Shown here piece after piece: positions 1 through 11,052 of a stretch of 64,000 bases of DNA. The notes under the pieces were generated by a model, which saw nothing but the letters and a program-made list of their open reading frames with translations, searched no databases and had not been told where the DNA came from. This DNA comes from Octopus sinensis. Taxonomy: Eukaryota. Both the position numbers and the translations under genes were made by a program. The DNA lies in assembly GCF_006345805.1 (NCBI RefSeq), contig NC_043011.1, positions 52,464,464 through 52,528,463 of the forward strand. Direction: 5' to 3'. The number at the start of each line of letters is the position of its first letter. Position 1 is the stretch's first letter.

Positions 1-22
1 GTGTGTACGTGTGTGTGTGTGT

Positions 23-56
<34 letters not shown>
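1..56. repeat. (GT)n microsatellite
   Basis: Near-pure gt dinucleotide run, followed by (GACA)n. Confidence 0.95.
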
Positions 57-230
57 CAGACAGACAGACAGAAACAAAGAGAGAGAGGGACTAAAGGTCT
101 TTTAAATCTTTCATTCATATTAGTTTCATAAAACATTATTTGTCTATAATTGAATTTTGTGAAATATGCCATCAGACATGAGTCTATAAAAAAATATGAT
201 AATACCGGGTTTTTTATTGTTATCATCATT

Positions 231-630
231 ACTCTTTACTCTTTCACTTGTTTCAGTCATTTGACTGCGGCCATGCTGGAGCACCGCCTTTAATCGAGCA
301 ACTCGACCCCGGGACTTATTCTTTTGTAAGCCCAGTACTTATTCTATCGGCCTCTTTTGCCGAACCGCTAAGTTACGGGGACATAAACACACCAGCATCG
401 GTTGTCAAGCAATGCTAGGGGGGCAAACACAGACACACAAACACACACACGCATATACATATATACGACGGACTTCTTTCAGTTTCCGTTTACCAAATCC
501 ACTCACAAGGCTTTGGTCGGCCCAAGGCTATAGTAGAAGACACTTGCCCAAGGTACCACGCAGTGGGACTGAACCCGGAACCGTGTGGTTGATAAACAAG
601 CTACTTACCACACAGCCACTCCTGCGCCTA
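231..630 (-). mobile_element. tRNA-derived SINE, family A (~400 bp; octopod OK/OR-type, family name not confirmed)
   Basis: Reverse strand reads taggcgcaggagtggctgtgtggtaagtagcttg...ggttcagtccc (A-box-like and B-box-like motifs), then an internal (TA)/(TG) tract and a tail ending gactgaaacaagtgaaagagt. More than 15 copies occur in the window. Confidence 0.9.
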
Positions 631-632
631 TT

Positions 633-677
633 AATATTATTATTATTTATTATTTATTATTATTATTATTATTATTA

Positions 678-717
<40 letters not shown>
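633..717. repeat. (TTA)n microsatellite
   Basis: Long tta/att run. Confidence 0.95.
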
Positions 718-719
<2 letters not shown>

Positions 720-1150
720 GGCAGTGAGCTGGCAGAATTATTAGCATGCCAGGCACAATGCTTAGTGACTTTCCATCTGTCCTTACATTCTGAGTTCAAA
801 TTCTGCTGTGGTCAGCTTTGCTTTTCAGCCTTTCTGGGTTGATAAATTAGGTGCCAGTGAACCACTGGGGTTGATGTAATCAGCTAGTTCTCTCTTGCCA
901 AATTTCAGGCCTCATGCCTTTAGTAGAAAGAATTATTATTGTTATTATTGTTATTATTAAGGTGGCAAGCTGGCAGAATCATTAGCACACCAGGCAAAAT
1001 GCTTAGCATCATTTCATTCTGAGTTCAAATTCCACCAAGGTCAACTTTGCTTTTCCTCCTTTTGGGGCTGATGAAATAAGTACCAGTTATATAATGGGAT
1101 TGACTACTCCCATCCCCTCAAATTTCGAACCTTGTGCCTATAAAAGAAAG
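718..1150 (+). mobile_element. Two diverged copies of SINE family B (Meta-domain-like core)
   Basis: Each has ggcngngagctggcagaa...gagttcaaattc...gtcaactttgcttt and ends in an (ATT)n tail; they match the younger copy at 42305. Confidence 0.8.
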
Positions 1151-1151
1151 G

Positions 1152-1768
1152 ATTATTATTATTCTAATTTGCATGTTTGATGCAATCACTTGCAGGGACA
1201 CACCCAGCATCCTAGGGCAAGTGAAGGTTAAAAGATATTGAAATATAACTGAAAGCTTGGGTGGGGGTGGAATTGGTGGAGGGTAGTACAGAAATACATT
1301 CATATAATAGAACACAAACATTGAAATTGATAGGGTTTTTATAAGGATGTAGGCAGTACTTGTTAGTACAATCTTTTGGATTTCTTTGAGATATGGCTCT
1401 CCTGGGATGTTGTTTAGATGTTTCTGACATCCCTTTTTTATCATTCCTAGGGGACCTACAATGTCAAATTTTTTTACAGATATGTCTTTATCAGTGGGAG
1501 CACATATCTATCAGTCTACAAATATTTTCTTCTCTGTCTTTAATAATTATATTTTGTTAATTAGCCTGGAGTGTTCTGTCTGTGTTGACTGGAAAATCCC
1601 AGTAGGTGATGACATTTTTACTTCCAACAACAGATTCAGGATGGTGTTCATACCAGTCAGCAGGAGTGTTGATTTTCTAATGCTTGCATATTTTCCAATG
1701 TAAACACTGTCCTAACCTATTGTAGTGAATTTTGTATTCATTTGATGTTAGCACAGGACATCCCAAAA
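1152..1768 (-). mobile_element. Degenerate 3' fragment of an R4/Dong-like (restriction-like endonuclease) non-LTR retrotransposon
   Basis: Minus-strand translation gives GCPVLTSNEYKIHYNRLGQCLHWKICKH*..WYEHHPESV..YWDFPVNTDRTLQAN*..CRLID and GPLGMIKKGCQKHLNNIPGEPYLKEIQKIVLTSTAYILIKTL, motifs recalled from R4/Dong C-termini. It ends in (AAT)n. Confidence 0.8.
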
Positions 1769-1773
1769 TGAGA

Positions 1774-2181
1774 TACTCTTTACTCTTTTACTTGTTTCAG
1801 TCATTTGACTGTGGCCATGCTGGAGCACCACCTTTAGTCGAGCAAATCGACCCCGGGACTTATTCTTAGTAAGCCCAGTACTTATTCTATTGGTCTCTTT
1901 TGCCGAACTGCTAAGTGACGGGGACGTAAACACATCAGCATCGGTTGTCAAGCAATGCTAGGGGGACAAACACAGACACACAAACAAACACACATACATA
2001 TATATACATATATATACGACAGGCTTCTTTCAGTTTCCGTCTACCAAATCCACTCACAAGGCTTTGGTCGGCCCGAGGCTATAGCAGAAGACACTTGCCC
2101 AAGATGCCACGCAGTGGGACTGAACCCGGAGCCATGTGGTTGGTTAGCAAGCTACTTACCACACAGCCACTCCTGTGCCTA
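1774..2181 (-). mobile_element. SINE family A, young subfamily
   Basis: Full-length copy; truncates the R4/Dong fragment. Confidence 0.9.
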
Positions 2182-2716
2182 TTGGTCTATTTTTTTGTCA
2201 AATGTATTGCAGAATATGCATTTTGGGTCAGCACCATTTTGAAGAACGTTAGCCTGGTAATTTCTGGTAAACAAGCTTTGATCTTGTGCTGCCAGTATGA
2301 AACCTTCAGTCTCTGCTTTCAATCTTGAGCCATTCAGCCACTGATGGGTCATTGTTTGGTCTACATCAGCCTTTTAACTTCAACATACATGTTGCCCATG
2401 CAGGGACTTCTGGCTCCACCACTCCTCAATTTGTTTGTGCTTGTTCTTTTCATCAGTCTATTTGATTTGTTTTCCTTGTTTGGTAGGAGTGGTTTCAGGT
2501 TCTTCATCTATTTCATGATTAACATTATTATTATTATCATCATAACTATTGTTGCTGGTTGTGGTAGTGGTGGTGGTGTTAATGAGAATTGTAACTAGAT
2601 ATAATTTATGAAATTATTAATATTTATTTGTGAGCCTGTCCTAGATTTTGATCACTTAAATAACTACACAATGCATTCAGATACTTATGAAGATTTATGA
2701 TCATATTGTAAGGTTT

Positions 2717-3018
2717 TAAAAAGCACCATCCGATTGTGGCCGTTGCCAACCTCGTCTGGCCCCCGTGCCAGTGGCATGTAAAAAGCACCACCTGATCTTG
2801 GCCATTTTGCCAGCCCCCTCTGGCACCTGTGCAGGTGGCACATAAAAAGCACCCACTACACTCTCGGAGTGGTTGGCATTAGGAAGGGCATCCAGCTGTA
2901 GAAACACTGCCAGATCAGACTGGGCTTGGCGCAGCCTTCTGGCTTCCCAGACCCAGTTGAACCATCCAACCCATGCTAGCATGGAAAACGGATGTTAAAC
3001 GATGATGATGATGATGAT
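2717..3018 (+). mobile_element. Family C: RTE-LINE 3'-UTR fragment with (ATG)n tail
   Basis: gtgccagtggcatgtaaaaagcacc repeats, then ggttggcattaggaagggcatccagctgtagaaac, ending aaacgatgatgatg. Confidence 0.8.
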
Positions 3019-3712
3019 ATATATATATATATATCCAGATAAAACAGTTTTCAAGGACACTAGTGGTGGTCTGTGCCAGCAAGACTTAGCAACAGAAAGA
3101 ATAAAGTTAAAGTTGCCTATTGGGATTGGAAACTGCACTCTCCGCAGCAATTTCCAAGGCTTTGGTCGGCCCGAGGCTATAGTAGAAGACACTTGCCCAA
3201 AGTACCACGCAGTGGGACTGAACCTGGATCCATGTGGTTGGTAAGCAAGCTACTTACCACACAGCCACTCCTGCGCCTTAAATAAAATAGAGAGATATGT
3301 TAGCATTACTTTCACATATATTTTGTCTTAATACTGTCATATAGCTAAATGGCCCTCTATGTATACAAATACTTGTCATTTATTATATGTTTATATGTTT
3401 ATTTTTGTTATTACTTTTGCTTTTTACTTTTATATATTTTCTTGTTCTCCTCATAACTCGCCCCTTTTTACCATTCGGCCCCAAAGGCCCTGCCTTTTTT
3501 TGTACTTGTCTCATTCTATTCTTCATGCTCACTCATTTGCACCCCAATTTCTTTTGGCTGGTGACTCACCAAATTGATCAATATTATTGATGTGACATTG
3601 AAATTGTGATGATTTTTGGTTCATAACTGATGACGAATGAGCATGTCTACATCCTTTGTGTGTCTTTTCCTATTTTCTGTATGTTCTCTCATCATTCTTC
3701 TGTGCCACATGA

Positions 3713-3743
<31 letters not shown>

Positions 3744-4242
3744 ACTAGAAATTTAGAGTTCTCTCCCTTGCCTCCCTTGATTAGAATTTTCATTAACACT
3801 AATGTTTTTCCTTTTTATTATGGATGCAATTTCAGTTGATTCAAAATTCTTTTGGGCTCACTACACAATGTATGCTATTCCACACCTAACTATAAATTCT
3901 TCATGCAGGAAACATCCCTAGAAAATTTTCAAATGTTGTATGTGTATGTGTGTGTGCATGTGCATGCACTCACATATTTCTCTGGTCCAGTTAGTCACAT
4001 AAATTAGCATTACAATGTATCCTACTTTCAATATATTCTCTGTCTCTCTCTCTCCAGTCCTTAACATATGGTTTCTAGTCATCCTTTCTCTGCTTAGCAA
4101 CATTTACCATCTCCTTCCCTTCAGTTGTACCTCATTCAACCCTTTTTTTTCATTCCTCCTCACTTACTTCATAATTTTTTTTTTTTTTTGAGGTACATTG
4201 TCTGGATACACTTTTCACACACAGATACATTAATGCACACAT

Positions 4243-5464
4243 ACAAAGGTCATCAGCATACAGCAGTTCCCATGGGCACCCAGTTTTGAATTCCTCTGGA
4301 GGGCTATAATGAATAAGAGTGGGCTGAGAACTGAGTCTTGGTGAACCCTTACCTGTACGCTAAATTCATCACTGTATTCATGGCCAATTCTCACCTTATT
4401 GACAGCACCACTGTACATGGCTTGTACAGCTCTATCAAGCCACTCCTCTACTCCTTAGAGACTGCCATATACCAGAATGGGGAACTCCGTTGAAAGCTTT
4501 CTCCAGGTCAATGAATGCTGACTACAATGGCTTACTTTTGGCCAAGTACTTTTTCTGCAGCTGTTTCACTAGAAAGATGGCATCTGTGGTAATTTTCCCA
4601 GGTACAAAACTAAACTACATCTCATCTAGTTTAATTCTATTTCTAATCAGTTGAGTTATAACCATCTCAGTAATTTTCATGATTTGGTCTAGCAATTTGA
4701 TACCTCTGTAATTGTTTCTATCTAAGGTATCACATTTACCCTAGTAGCAGCTAACTATAATACTACTACACCAGTCATTGGGGATTGGGGATGGTGCTTT
4801 CCTGAATAACCTGATTAACTATACGGTTGACTAAGCTTTATCCTACACCACTGGAAATCATCTCGACAGTGATTCCCTTTCTTCATGTCCTTAATTGCCT
4901 TATCTGTTATACTGCTCTCAACTCTGATGGCTGGTCCCTCTATTGGTTTGATATTTCGTAGACTCTCTTTCTCCCATTCATTTTCCACATTTAGTAAACT
5001 TTCATAGTGACACTTCCATGCATCTTTCTTCTCAGAGTCACTAAGTGAAAGCATACCATTATAGATTTGCACACATTTTTCACCTACCACATCTATATTT
5101 TCTCTGATACATTACTTTGCAATCCTGAATACCTCATGCCTCTGATCCTCACACTGTAGAACATTTGCAGATCTCTTACCTTCAGCTACTCCTTTTGCTA
5201 TGTACACCTGATGCCTGGCTGTCCTATTGGCTACCTGATATAATTCTCTGCTTCCACCTTTTCGCCAATCTTTCCAGCCCTGTCTTTTTGCTTTTATAGC
5301 ACAGTCAACCTCTTTGCTCCACCACCATGTCACCCTCGGTCTAGCTGGACTCTGCACCAACCACAGATTTCATGCATAGCCCTCAGTAGATTGTCCCACT
5401 GGAACTTCCAATTGTCCTCTAAGCTATATGCCCTCAACTCTTCCTCTCTTTCATCAGAAGCTTC
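4243..5464 (-). pseudogene. Degenerate RTE-clade LINE ORF, 3' part (linker to reverse transcriptase)
   Basis: Minus-strand peptides TWWWSKEV, KKDAWKCHYESLLNVENEW, VRVHQDSVLSPLLFII and GCPWELLYADDL, with frameshifts and stops. Confidence 0.9.
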
Positions 5465-8051
5465 CGTGCCGATTTGAACGAATCACAAGAAGAAGTTTTT
5501 TTCTGTGACGTACGTATGACCATGTCAACACTCCTGCTTGGCGTTGTTTATCGTCCCCCAAATTACCATCAGGACACACAGCTTTGCAACATCCTCCGAG
5601 CTGCAGCCAGGAAAACAGCCACTTATGTGTTTATTGCAGGCGATTTCAATCATCCTGAGATCGATTGGGAAACCTTCCGTTGGCCACAGAGTGCAAACGA
5701 TTTTGTTGAGCTTGTGCTGGACTCAAACTGGTCACAAGTAGTCACCTCTCCAACAAGAGGCGACAACACCTTGGACCTGCTCTTCACCACAACTCCTGAA
5801 GCGGTTATCAATTGCACTACGGAGGAACCTCTAGGTGACTCTGATCATGCTATGATCATCGCCAATCTGGCTCTTGCGGGCAACAAACACCTGAACCATC
5901 TCCAATCTGCTTCCTTCGATTGGAAGAGAGCAGATTGGAACCTGTACCACACTGAACTACAGCACCCAAACTGGCGTGAATTCTACAACTCTGGAGATGT
6001 GAATACTATACTCCAGAGTATCCTGGACTCAATATGGGCAGCATGTGCAGCATCAGTGCCACGTAAACAAAAAAAGAAGAACCGCCCCAAAAGGGCAATT
6101 TGGGAAACTTCAGCGGTCCGACTTGCCAGGAAGGAACGTCGGACTGCTGAACAGGAATACAAGTTGCATAAATCAGACACCAACAGGAAGAAGCGGAATA
6201 AATCCTCCAACCATCTCAAGCAAGTGACAAAAAATGCAGTGCTTGAATTTGAACAGTGCATAGCAGCCAATCCTGACAGCAAGGTTTTCTGGAAATATGT
6301 GCATTCAAAGCAGAGACCTCACTCTCCAGTGGGCCCTCTTCGCAACCCTCACACGAACCAGATCACTGACGACCCCACGGAATGCGCAGAACTCATTGCC
6401 GAGTGCTATGCAAACATATTCACTGTCGAAAGTCAAAATGTACCATCTTCACCATCACTAACAGCAAACTCCATAACAACTATAGAATTTACACCTGCAA
6501 TGCTGCGACGTCACCTTCAAAATAAGCGCAACTATGCCTCCCCTGGTCTCGATGGAGTTACATACCTGCTTCTCAAACGTGGCAGGCACTTCCTTTTACA
6601 CCAGCTTTCTATTTTCTTCCAGTACTGTCTCAACAATGGTGCTACTCCGGAGCAGTGGAAAACTGCCAGTGTCATTCCTCTGTTCAAAAAGGGTGACTGC
6701 ACATCACCTGTCAACTATCGCCCAGTCAGTCTCACTAGCTGTATTGCAAAACTGATGGAATCGTGTGTCAGAGAAACACTCTGGAACTTCTGGAGCTCTC
6801 ACAGTCTCATCCGACCCTCACAATATGGATTTGTCCCTAACTCCAGCTGCAGTGACCAGCTTGTCGAGTTCCTTGAGGACATTACTCAGATCACTGACAG
6901 TGGCTCATGGGTGGATGTTGTCTACCTTGACTTTGCTAAGACTTTCAACTCTGTGCCACACAAAAGGCTTATGGTGAAACTCTCTGCAATGGGTGTGGGG
7001 GATGACCTTTTTAACTGGTTGAAATCCTTCATCCTCAGCCGAAAGGAGGTAGTCACAGTTCTAGGACAGCACTCTACACCATATGAGATGTCATCGGGTG
7101 TACCACAGGGATCTGTCCTTGGTCCCCTCCTGTTTGTGGCATACATTAATGACATAGATGCCAATTTAAAGAATGCCACAGTATTGAAATATGCAGACAA
7201 CATCAAGCTGTACCTTGAAATCAAGAGGACTGATCCTGATGTCTACAACTCTTTCCTGCAATCAGACCTAGACACAATGCAGCAATGGATCACAGACTGG
7301 CAACTGAAACTGGCTGTGGACAAGTGTACCACCATGCATTTTGGGAGAAAAAACCCTGCGTCCACATACTCCCTCCACAACACTGATATCAAGAAATCCT
7401 CTTGCGAGCGTGACCTAGGCATCACTGTCAGCAGTGATTTGCGTTGGACAAAGCATATCTCTAAAATTGTCAAGAAGGCCGAGGGTGTCTTGGCATCACT
7501 CAGCAAGACTTTTGTTAGCCGCTCTCCAGCCATCTATTTAAAACTGTATACAGCTATGGTACGACCACACTTGGAATTCGCATCATCAGTTTGGAATCCC
7601 TATCTTGCTCAGAACATTGACCTCCTGGAATCTGTCCAGAGACGTGCAACCAAACGCATACCCTCCATCAGACACCTACCATATTCTGAGCGCCTTGTTT
7701 TCCTGGGCATGGATTCACTGAAGCTCCGGCGTCTGGCGACGGACTTGGTAAACACCCACAAGGTTATCAACCACCTCACCAACAACAACACTGAACACCT
7801 TTTTGATCTCCATGTGTCTAACACACGTGGACATGCCTACAAAGTCAGAAAACAGCACAGCTCCCATGACTTTCGGAAACATTTTTTCACGCTCAGGGTT
7901 GCTGAAGCGTGGAATAAACTGCCTGCATCAGTTGTTGACTGCCATGACACTGCATCCTTTAAGGCCCTCATGCTTCCCGAAATCCGTCGAAACTACACCT
8001 GATTATATATACACTTTAGATGAGTTGTAGTGCACCTGAGCACTGTACACA

Positions 8052-8077
<26 letters not shown>
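5465..8077 (+). mobile_element. 5'-truncated CR1-type non-LTR retrotransposon with (TTA)n tail
   Basis: Single long frame starting inside the APE domain, a 3' UTR of about 50 bp, an (ATT)n tail and no obvious TSD. Confidence 0.92.
5474..8002 (+). CDS. APE endonuclease (N-truncated) plus reverse transcriptase of the CR1-type LINE; probably catalytically dead (YADN)
   Basis: 842-aa ORF with GVVYRPP, IAGDFNHPEIDW, PTRGDNTLDLLF, SDH, NYRPVSLTS, QYGF, YLDFAKTFNSV, GVPQGSVLGPLLF, KYADNIK and TRGHAYK..FF..RV..WNKLP. The listed start is TTG; the frame is open from 5465. Confidence 0.9.
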   Translation: MNESQEEVFFCDVRMTMSTLLLGVVYRPPNYHQDTQLCNILRAAARKTATYVFIAGDFNHPEIDWETFRWPQSANDFVELVLDSNWSQVVTSPTRGDNTLDLLFTTTPEAVINCTTEEPLGDSDHAMIIANLALAGNKHLNHLQSASFDWKRADWNLYHTELQHPNWREFYNSGDVNTILQSILDSIWAACAASVPRKQKKKNRPKRAIWETSAVRLARKERRTAEQEYKLHKSDTNRKKRNKSSNHLKQVTKNAVLEFEQCIAANPDSKVFWKYVHSKQRPHSPVGPLRNPHTNQITDDPTECAELIAECYANIFTVESQNVPSSPSLTANSITTIEFTPAMLRRHLQNKRNYASPGLDGVTYLLLKRGRHFLLHQLSIFFQYCLNNGATPEQWKTASVIPLFKKGDCTSPVNYRPVSLTSCIAKLMESCVRETLWNFWSSHSLIRPSQYGFVPNSSCSDQLVEFLEDITQITDSGSWVDVVYLDFAKTFNSVPHKRLMVKLSAMGVGDDLFNWLKSFILSRKEVVTVLGQHSTPYEMSSGVPQGSVLGPLLFVAYINDIDANLKNATVLKYADNIKLYLEIKRTDPDVYNSFLQSDLDTMQQWITDWQLKLAVDKCTTMHFGRKNPASTYSLHNTDIKKSSCERDLGITVSSDLRWTKHISKIVKKAEGVLASLSKTFVSRSPAIYLKLYTAMVRPHLEFASSVWNPYLAQNIDLLESVQRRATKRIPSIRHLPYSERLVFLGMDSLKLRRLATDLVNTHKVINHLTNNNTEHLFDLHVSNTRGHAYKVRKQHSSHDFRKHFFTLRVAEAWNKLPASVVDCHDTASFKALMLPEIRRNYT

Positions 8078-8082
<5 letters not shown>

Positions 8083-8352
8083 GTAAATCTCTAAAGTTTG
8101 CTGGCTCCCTGAGCTTTCATAGTCTTCTTTTCCAGATTGGTTTATTTCTCTGAGTCTTTCTAGTTCTAATTCTGAAGTCACTAACTAGTAACCTATGTTG
8201 GGTTGTACACTTTTCACCTGGGAAAGACTTTGCATCCATCTATCTTGTTACCTGGTGAGGAGATAGTCAATCTGGCTTATGTGCTCACCAGACTGATAAG
8301 TGATTAGGTGGCTGGCTGGTTTTTTGAAGTCAGTGTTGCAGATCATAGGATC
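8078..8352 (-). pseudogene. Degenerate RTE-clade LINE, end of APE domain (5' partner of 4243-5464)
   Basis: Minus strand reads ICNTDFKKPASHLITYQSGEHISQIDYLLTR and DAKSFPGEKCTTQHRLLVSDFRIR...KRRL*KLREPANFRDLL. Confidence 0.88.
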
Positions 8353-8396
<44 letters not shown>

Positions 8397-8654
8397 ACAC
8401 ATATGTATGCATATATGTATATGTACACATAGATATGTGTATGCATATATATTTCTACCTAGTAGGGTGTCTAGAAAAAAGGGTATTACTTATTAGAATG
8501 ATTTGTAAAAGGGAGATTTGTTTTGCTTAGATGAACTTCCCAAAAAGTTCACTCGAGTTAAACTAAGTGGAACAAATAGCCTACTATAATGAACCATTTA
8601 AAATTAAAGACAAATAATAATAATTATTATCATATATATATATATATATATATC

Positions 8655-9895
8655 ATCATCATCATCATTCAACGTCTGACTTCCATGCTGGCATGGATGG
8701 GACTGTTTTTCCTAACACCAACCACTCAGCAGGGTGGACTTAGTGCTTTTTATGTGGCACAAGCACAGGTGAGGTCAGTTTTGGCAAGGTTTTTACAGAT
8801 GGATGCCCTTCTAAACACCAACCATTTTACAGTGTGGGGAGGGGGCATTGGAGGAAGTGATCTTGTGTCAGATGATGAAAGGTTATAGTGAGACAGAAAC
8901 AGGTGTCTTGCTGTAGAGAAAGTACGAGGTTACCCAGTCAGAGAGAGAGATCAGGAATGAAGACAGAAACAAGTGTGCTTCTGTAAAGGAGATACGTGGT
9001 TACCCAACTTGCAGGAAGTGCAGGAGAAGGAGAGAGAGAGAGAGAGTGGGAGACAGCAGGATAGAGATGGTGGCAAAGTTCTGGGTACTTACAAGGGACA
9101 GGAATCAGAATATAAATGGGATGGTTGAGTAAAGGAAGAGAGAGATATAGATGGTGGCAAGTGCCAGGGCATATCCTTGAGGCTCAAACATCATAATATA
9201 AGTGGCAGGATATTGTGAAAGAAGCATGATTAGAGAGTGCTGAGTGGGGGGAAGTGAGTGGTGAAAACCTAGGTATATATAGAGTGGTAGCAGGGGCCAC
9301 TAGATAACAGTGGTACAGAGAAACAGGGCCATGAGGACAGGATTGGGGAGTGAGAGGTAGGCATAGTGTATGAAGGAGGAAATGGGAGAAAGAAAAGAGC
9401 TGTAGAATGGTTTGTTGGGGGTAAATTGTGTGAAAAGTTTTCTTGTGGGTGGAACACACAGGTCAGGGGCTAGTGGAGAGCAATGATATAGTGAGAGAGG
9501 GCCAAGAAGACAGGATTGGGGAGTGGGAGCTAAACATAATGCATAAAGTGGAAATGCAAGGAAAAGAAGAGATGTAGTTTGGTTTGTTGTGGTAAAGTGT
9601 GTGAGAAGTTTTTTTTGTTAAGTGTGGGTGGGACACAACACTTCTAGAACCCAGTTTTACTGACATGGGCGGGTCTTCTCGAGAACCTCATATTACAAAA
9701 CATCTCAGTCCAGTGACATTTCCTCCATGAGGCCCAACATCCTGAGATCAGTCCTTACCGCTTCTTCTCAATTCTTCCTGGGTCTCCCTCTTCCACAGTT
9801 ACCATCCACTTTCTGTGATTAGCACTTCTTTATGCAGCTGTCCTCATTCATACATGTCACATGTCCAAACCAATGTAGTCTTCTCTCTTGCATTC
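8655..9895 (-). mobile_element. RTE-LINE 3' end: ORF terminus, ~1 kb 3' UTR and (ATG)n tail
   Basis: Minus strand at 9895-9650 reads ERRLHWFGHVTCMNEDSCIKKC..GRGRPRK..EAVRTDLRMLGL...EKTRPCQ*; the tail is gacgttgaatgatgatg at about 8655. Confidence 0.75.
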
Positions 9896-10080
9896 TACAT
9901 TTACTTCTTCTTACACCCTATTTTTCTATATATACATATGACACATATCACACACACACACCCTATATATATATATATGACTCATACACACACACCCTAC
10001 ATATATATATATATTATATATGATTGAATGCTAAATCCACAAGTCTTTTTTATTCTCTCTCTGTTTATTTCCTCGTGTTC

Positions 10081-10116
10081 CTTTCTGTTGAAGAGCATAG
10101 GCTCGAAACATAAAAG
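10081..10116 (+). ncRNA. Decayed minimal type I hammerhead ribozyme motif (Penelope-terminal type)
   Basis: cttt-CTGTTGA-a-gagc(atag)gctc-GAAA-CATA-aaag: stems I and II pair; the core has A6>U and the ACGT stem III has become ACAT. Confidence 0.65.
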
Positions 10117-10194
10117 ACTTTCTCACCTACCCGAGTATCAAACAAATACACCTGTTTCTTGTTTATACACCTGTCTTCTTTTGTTTTTCTGTAA

Positions 10195-10200
<6 letters not shown>

Positions 10201-10252
<52 letters not shown>
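10201..10252. repeat. (TA)n microsatellite
   Basis: Pure run. Confidence 0.95.
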
Positions 10253-10255
<3 letters not shown>

Positions 10256-10548
10256 AACATACATACATACTTGTATATAAATCTATTTACATAGAAATTT
10301 TCTTTGGATTCTATTTTAAGCCAGTAACCGATTCATTGACAGAGGAAATAAGAACTATGTCACCACTAATTTTCATAGAAGCAAAAACGTAAACAACCAT
10401 ACATGTGCATGCTCACATGATTGGGTTCTTAAGGTTTCCACCAACCAATTCCACATACAAGGTTCTGATGGGTCAAGGTTCTATGCATTGGCAGAGAACT
10501 CAGAACTATGTGACTAAGAAGCAAACTTCTTGATCACATATACACAAA

Positions 10549-10758
10549 TATGACGAAGTGCTGAAAAGTTCCTGGCTTTGGGTAAAAGATAATATAGGAG
10601 GATCAGTTAATTTTTTTTTTATTCCCCTTTTAGATTCACACACTTATTGTAGTGGTCCTTCAGTTTTTCTAAACCCTGTAAAATAACTCAGAAGTCTGAG
10701 CGTCCAACCAGGCCTTTTGTGATACCCTTAAAGCCAGGAATTTTTCAGTACCCCTGCA
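10549..10758. mobile_element. Mariner-like MITE
   Basis: Inverted termini gtgctgaaaagttcctggcttt and aaagccaggaatttttcagtac. Confidence 0.75.
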
Positions 10759-10840
10759 CACACACATATAGTTAATTCAAGTAGACAATCCAAATAAACA
10801 GACAACAAGAGGACATGCACAAAGAATGTATTATTAGAAT

Positions 10841-11052
10841 TGGTTGGTTGGTTGGCATCCTTTCTGTCTCGGGAGACAATGGAGTTGCGCATAAAGTAGT
10901 CTAGTCCGGCTTTTATATTTCATGTCCTGATACATTTCCTGCTGTGGCTGTGTAGTCCTATCCTGGACAAACACTCCCTCTGGCAGGTACCGCAAATGTA
11001 GCAAAGACTGTTCCTGGCTGGTTGTAATGCCATAGTCTCTTGTTGACGTCTC
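10841..11052 (-). mobile_element. RTE/BovB-like LINE 3' end with 12-bp TSD
   Basis: Minus strand reads YICGTCQRECLSRIGLHSHSRKCIRT* (C2H2-type), with an (AACC)n tail. TSD tattattagaat at 10829-10840 and 11053-11064. Confidence 0.85.

Noticed and set aside
412-744. Recurrent short ORFs such as MLGGQTQTH...RHLPKVPRSGTEPG (also 1945, 20129, 55223, 60115, 62210)
   Set aside because: They are translations of SINE family A. They recur because the SINE does, not because a gene family is present.
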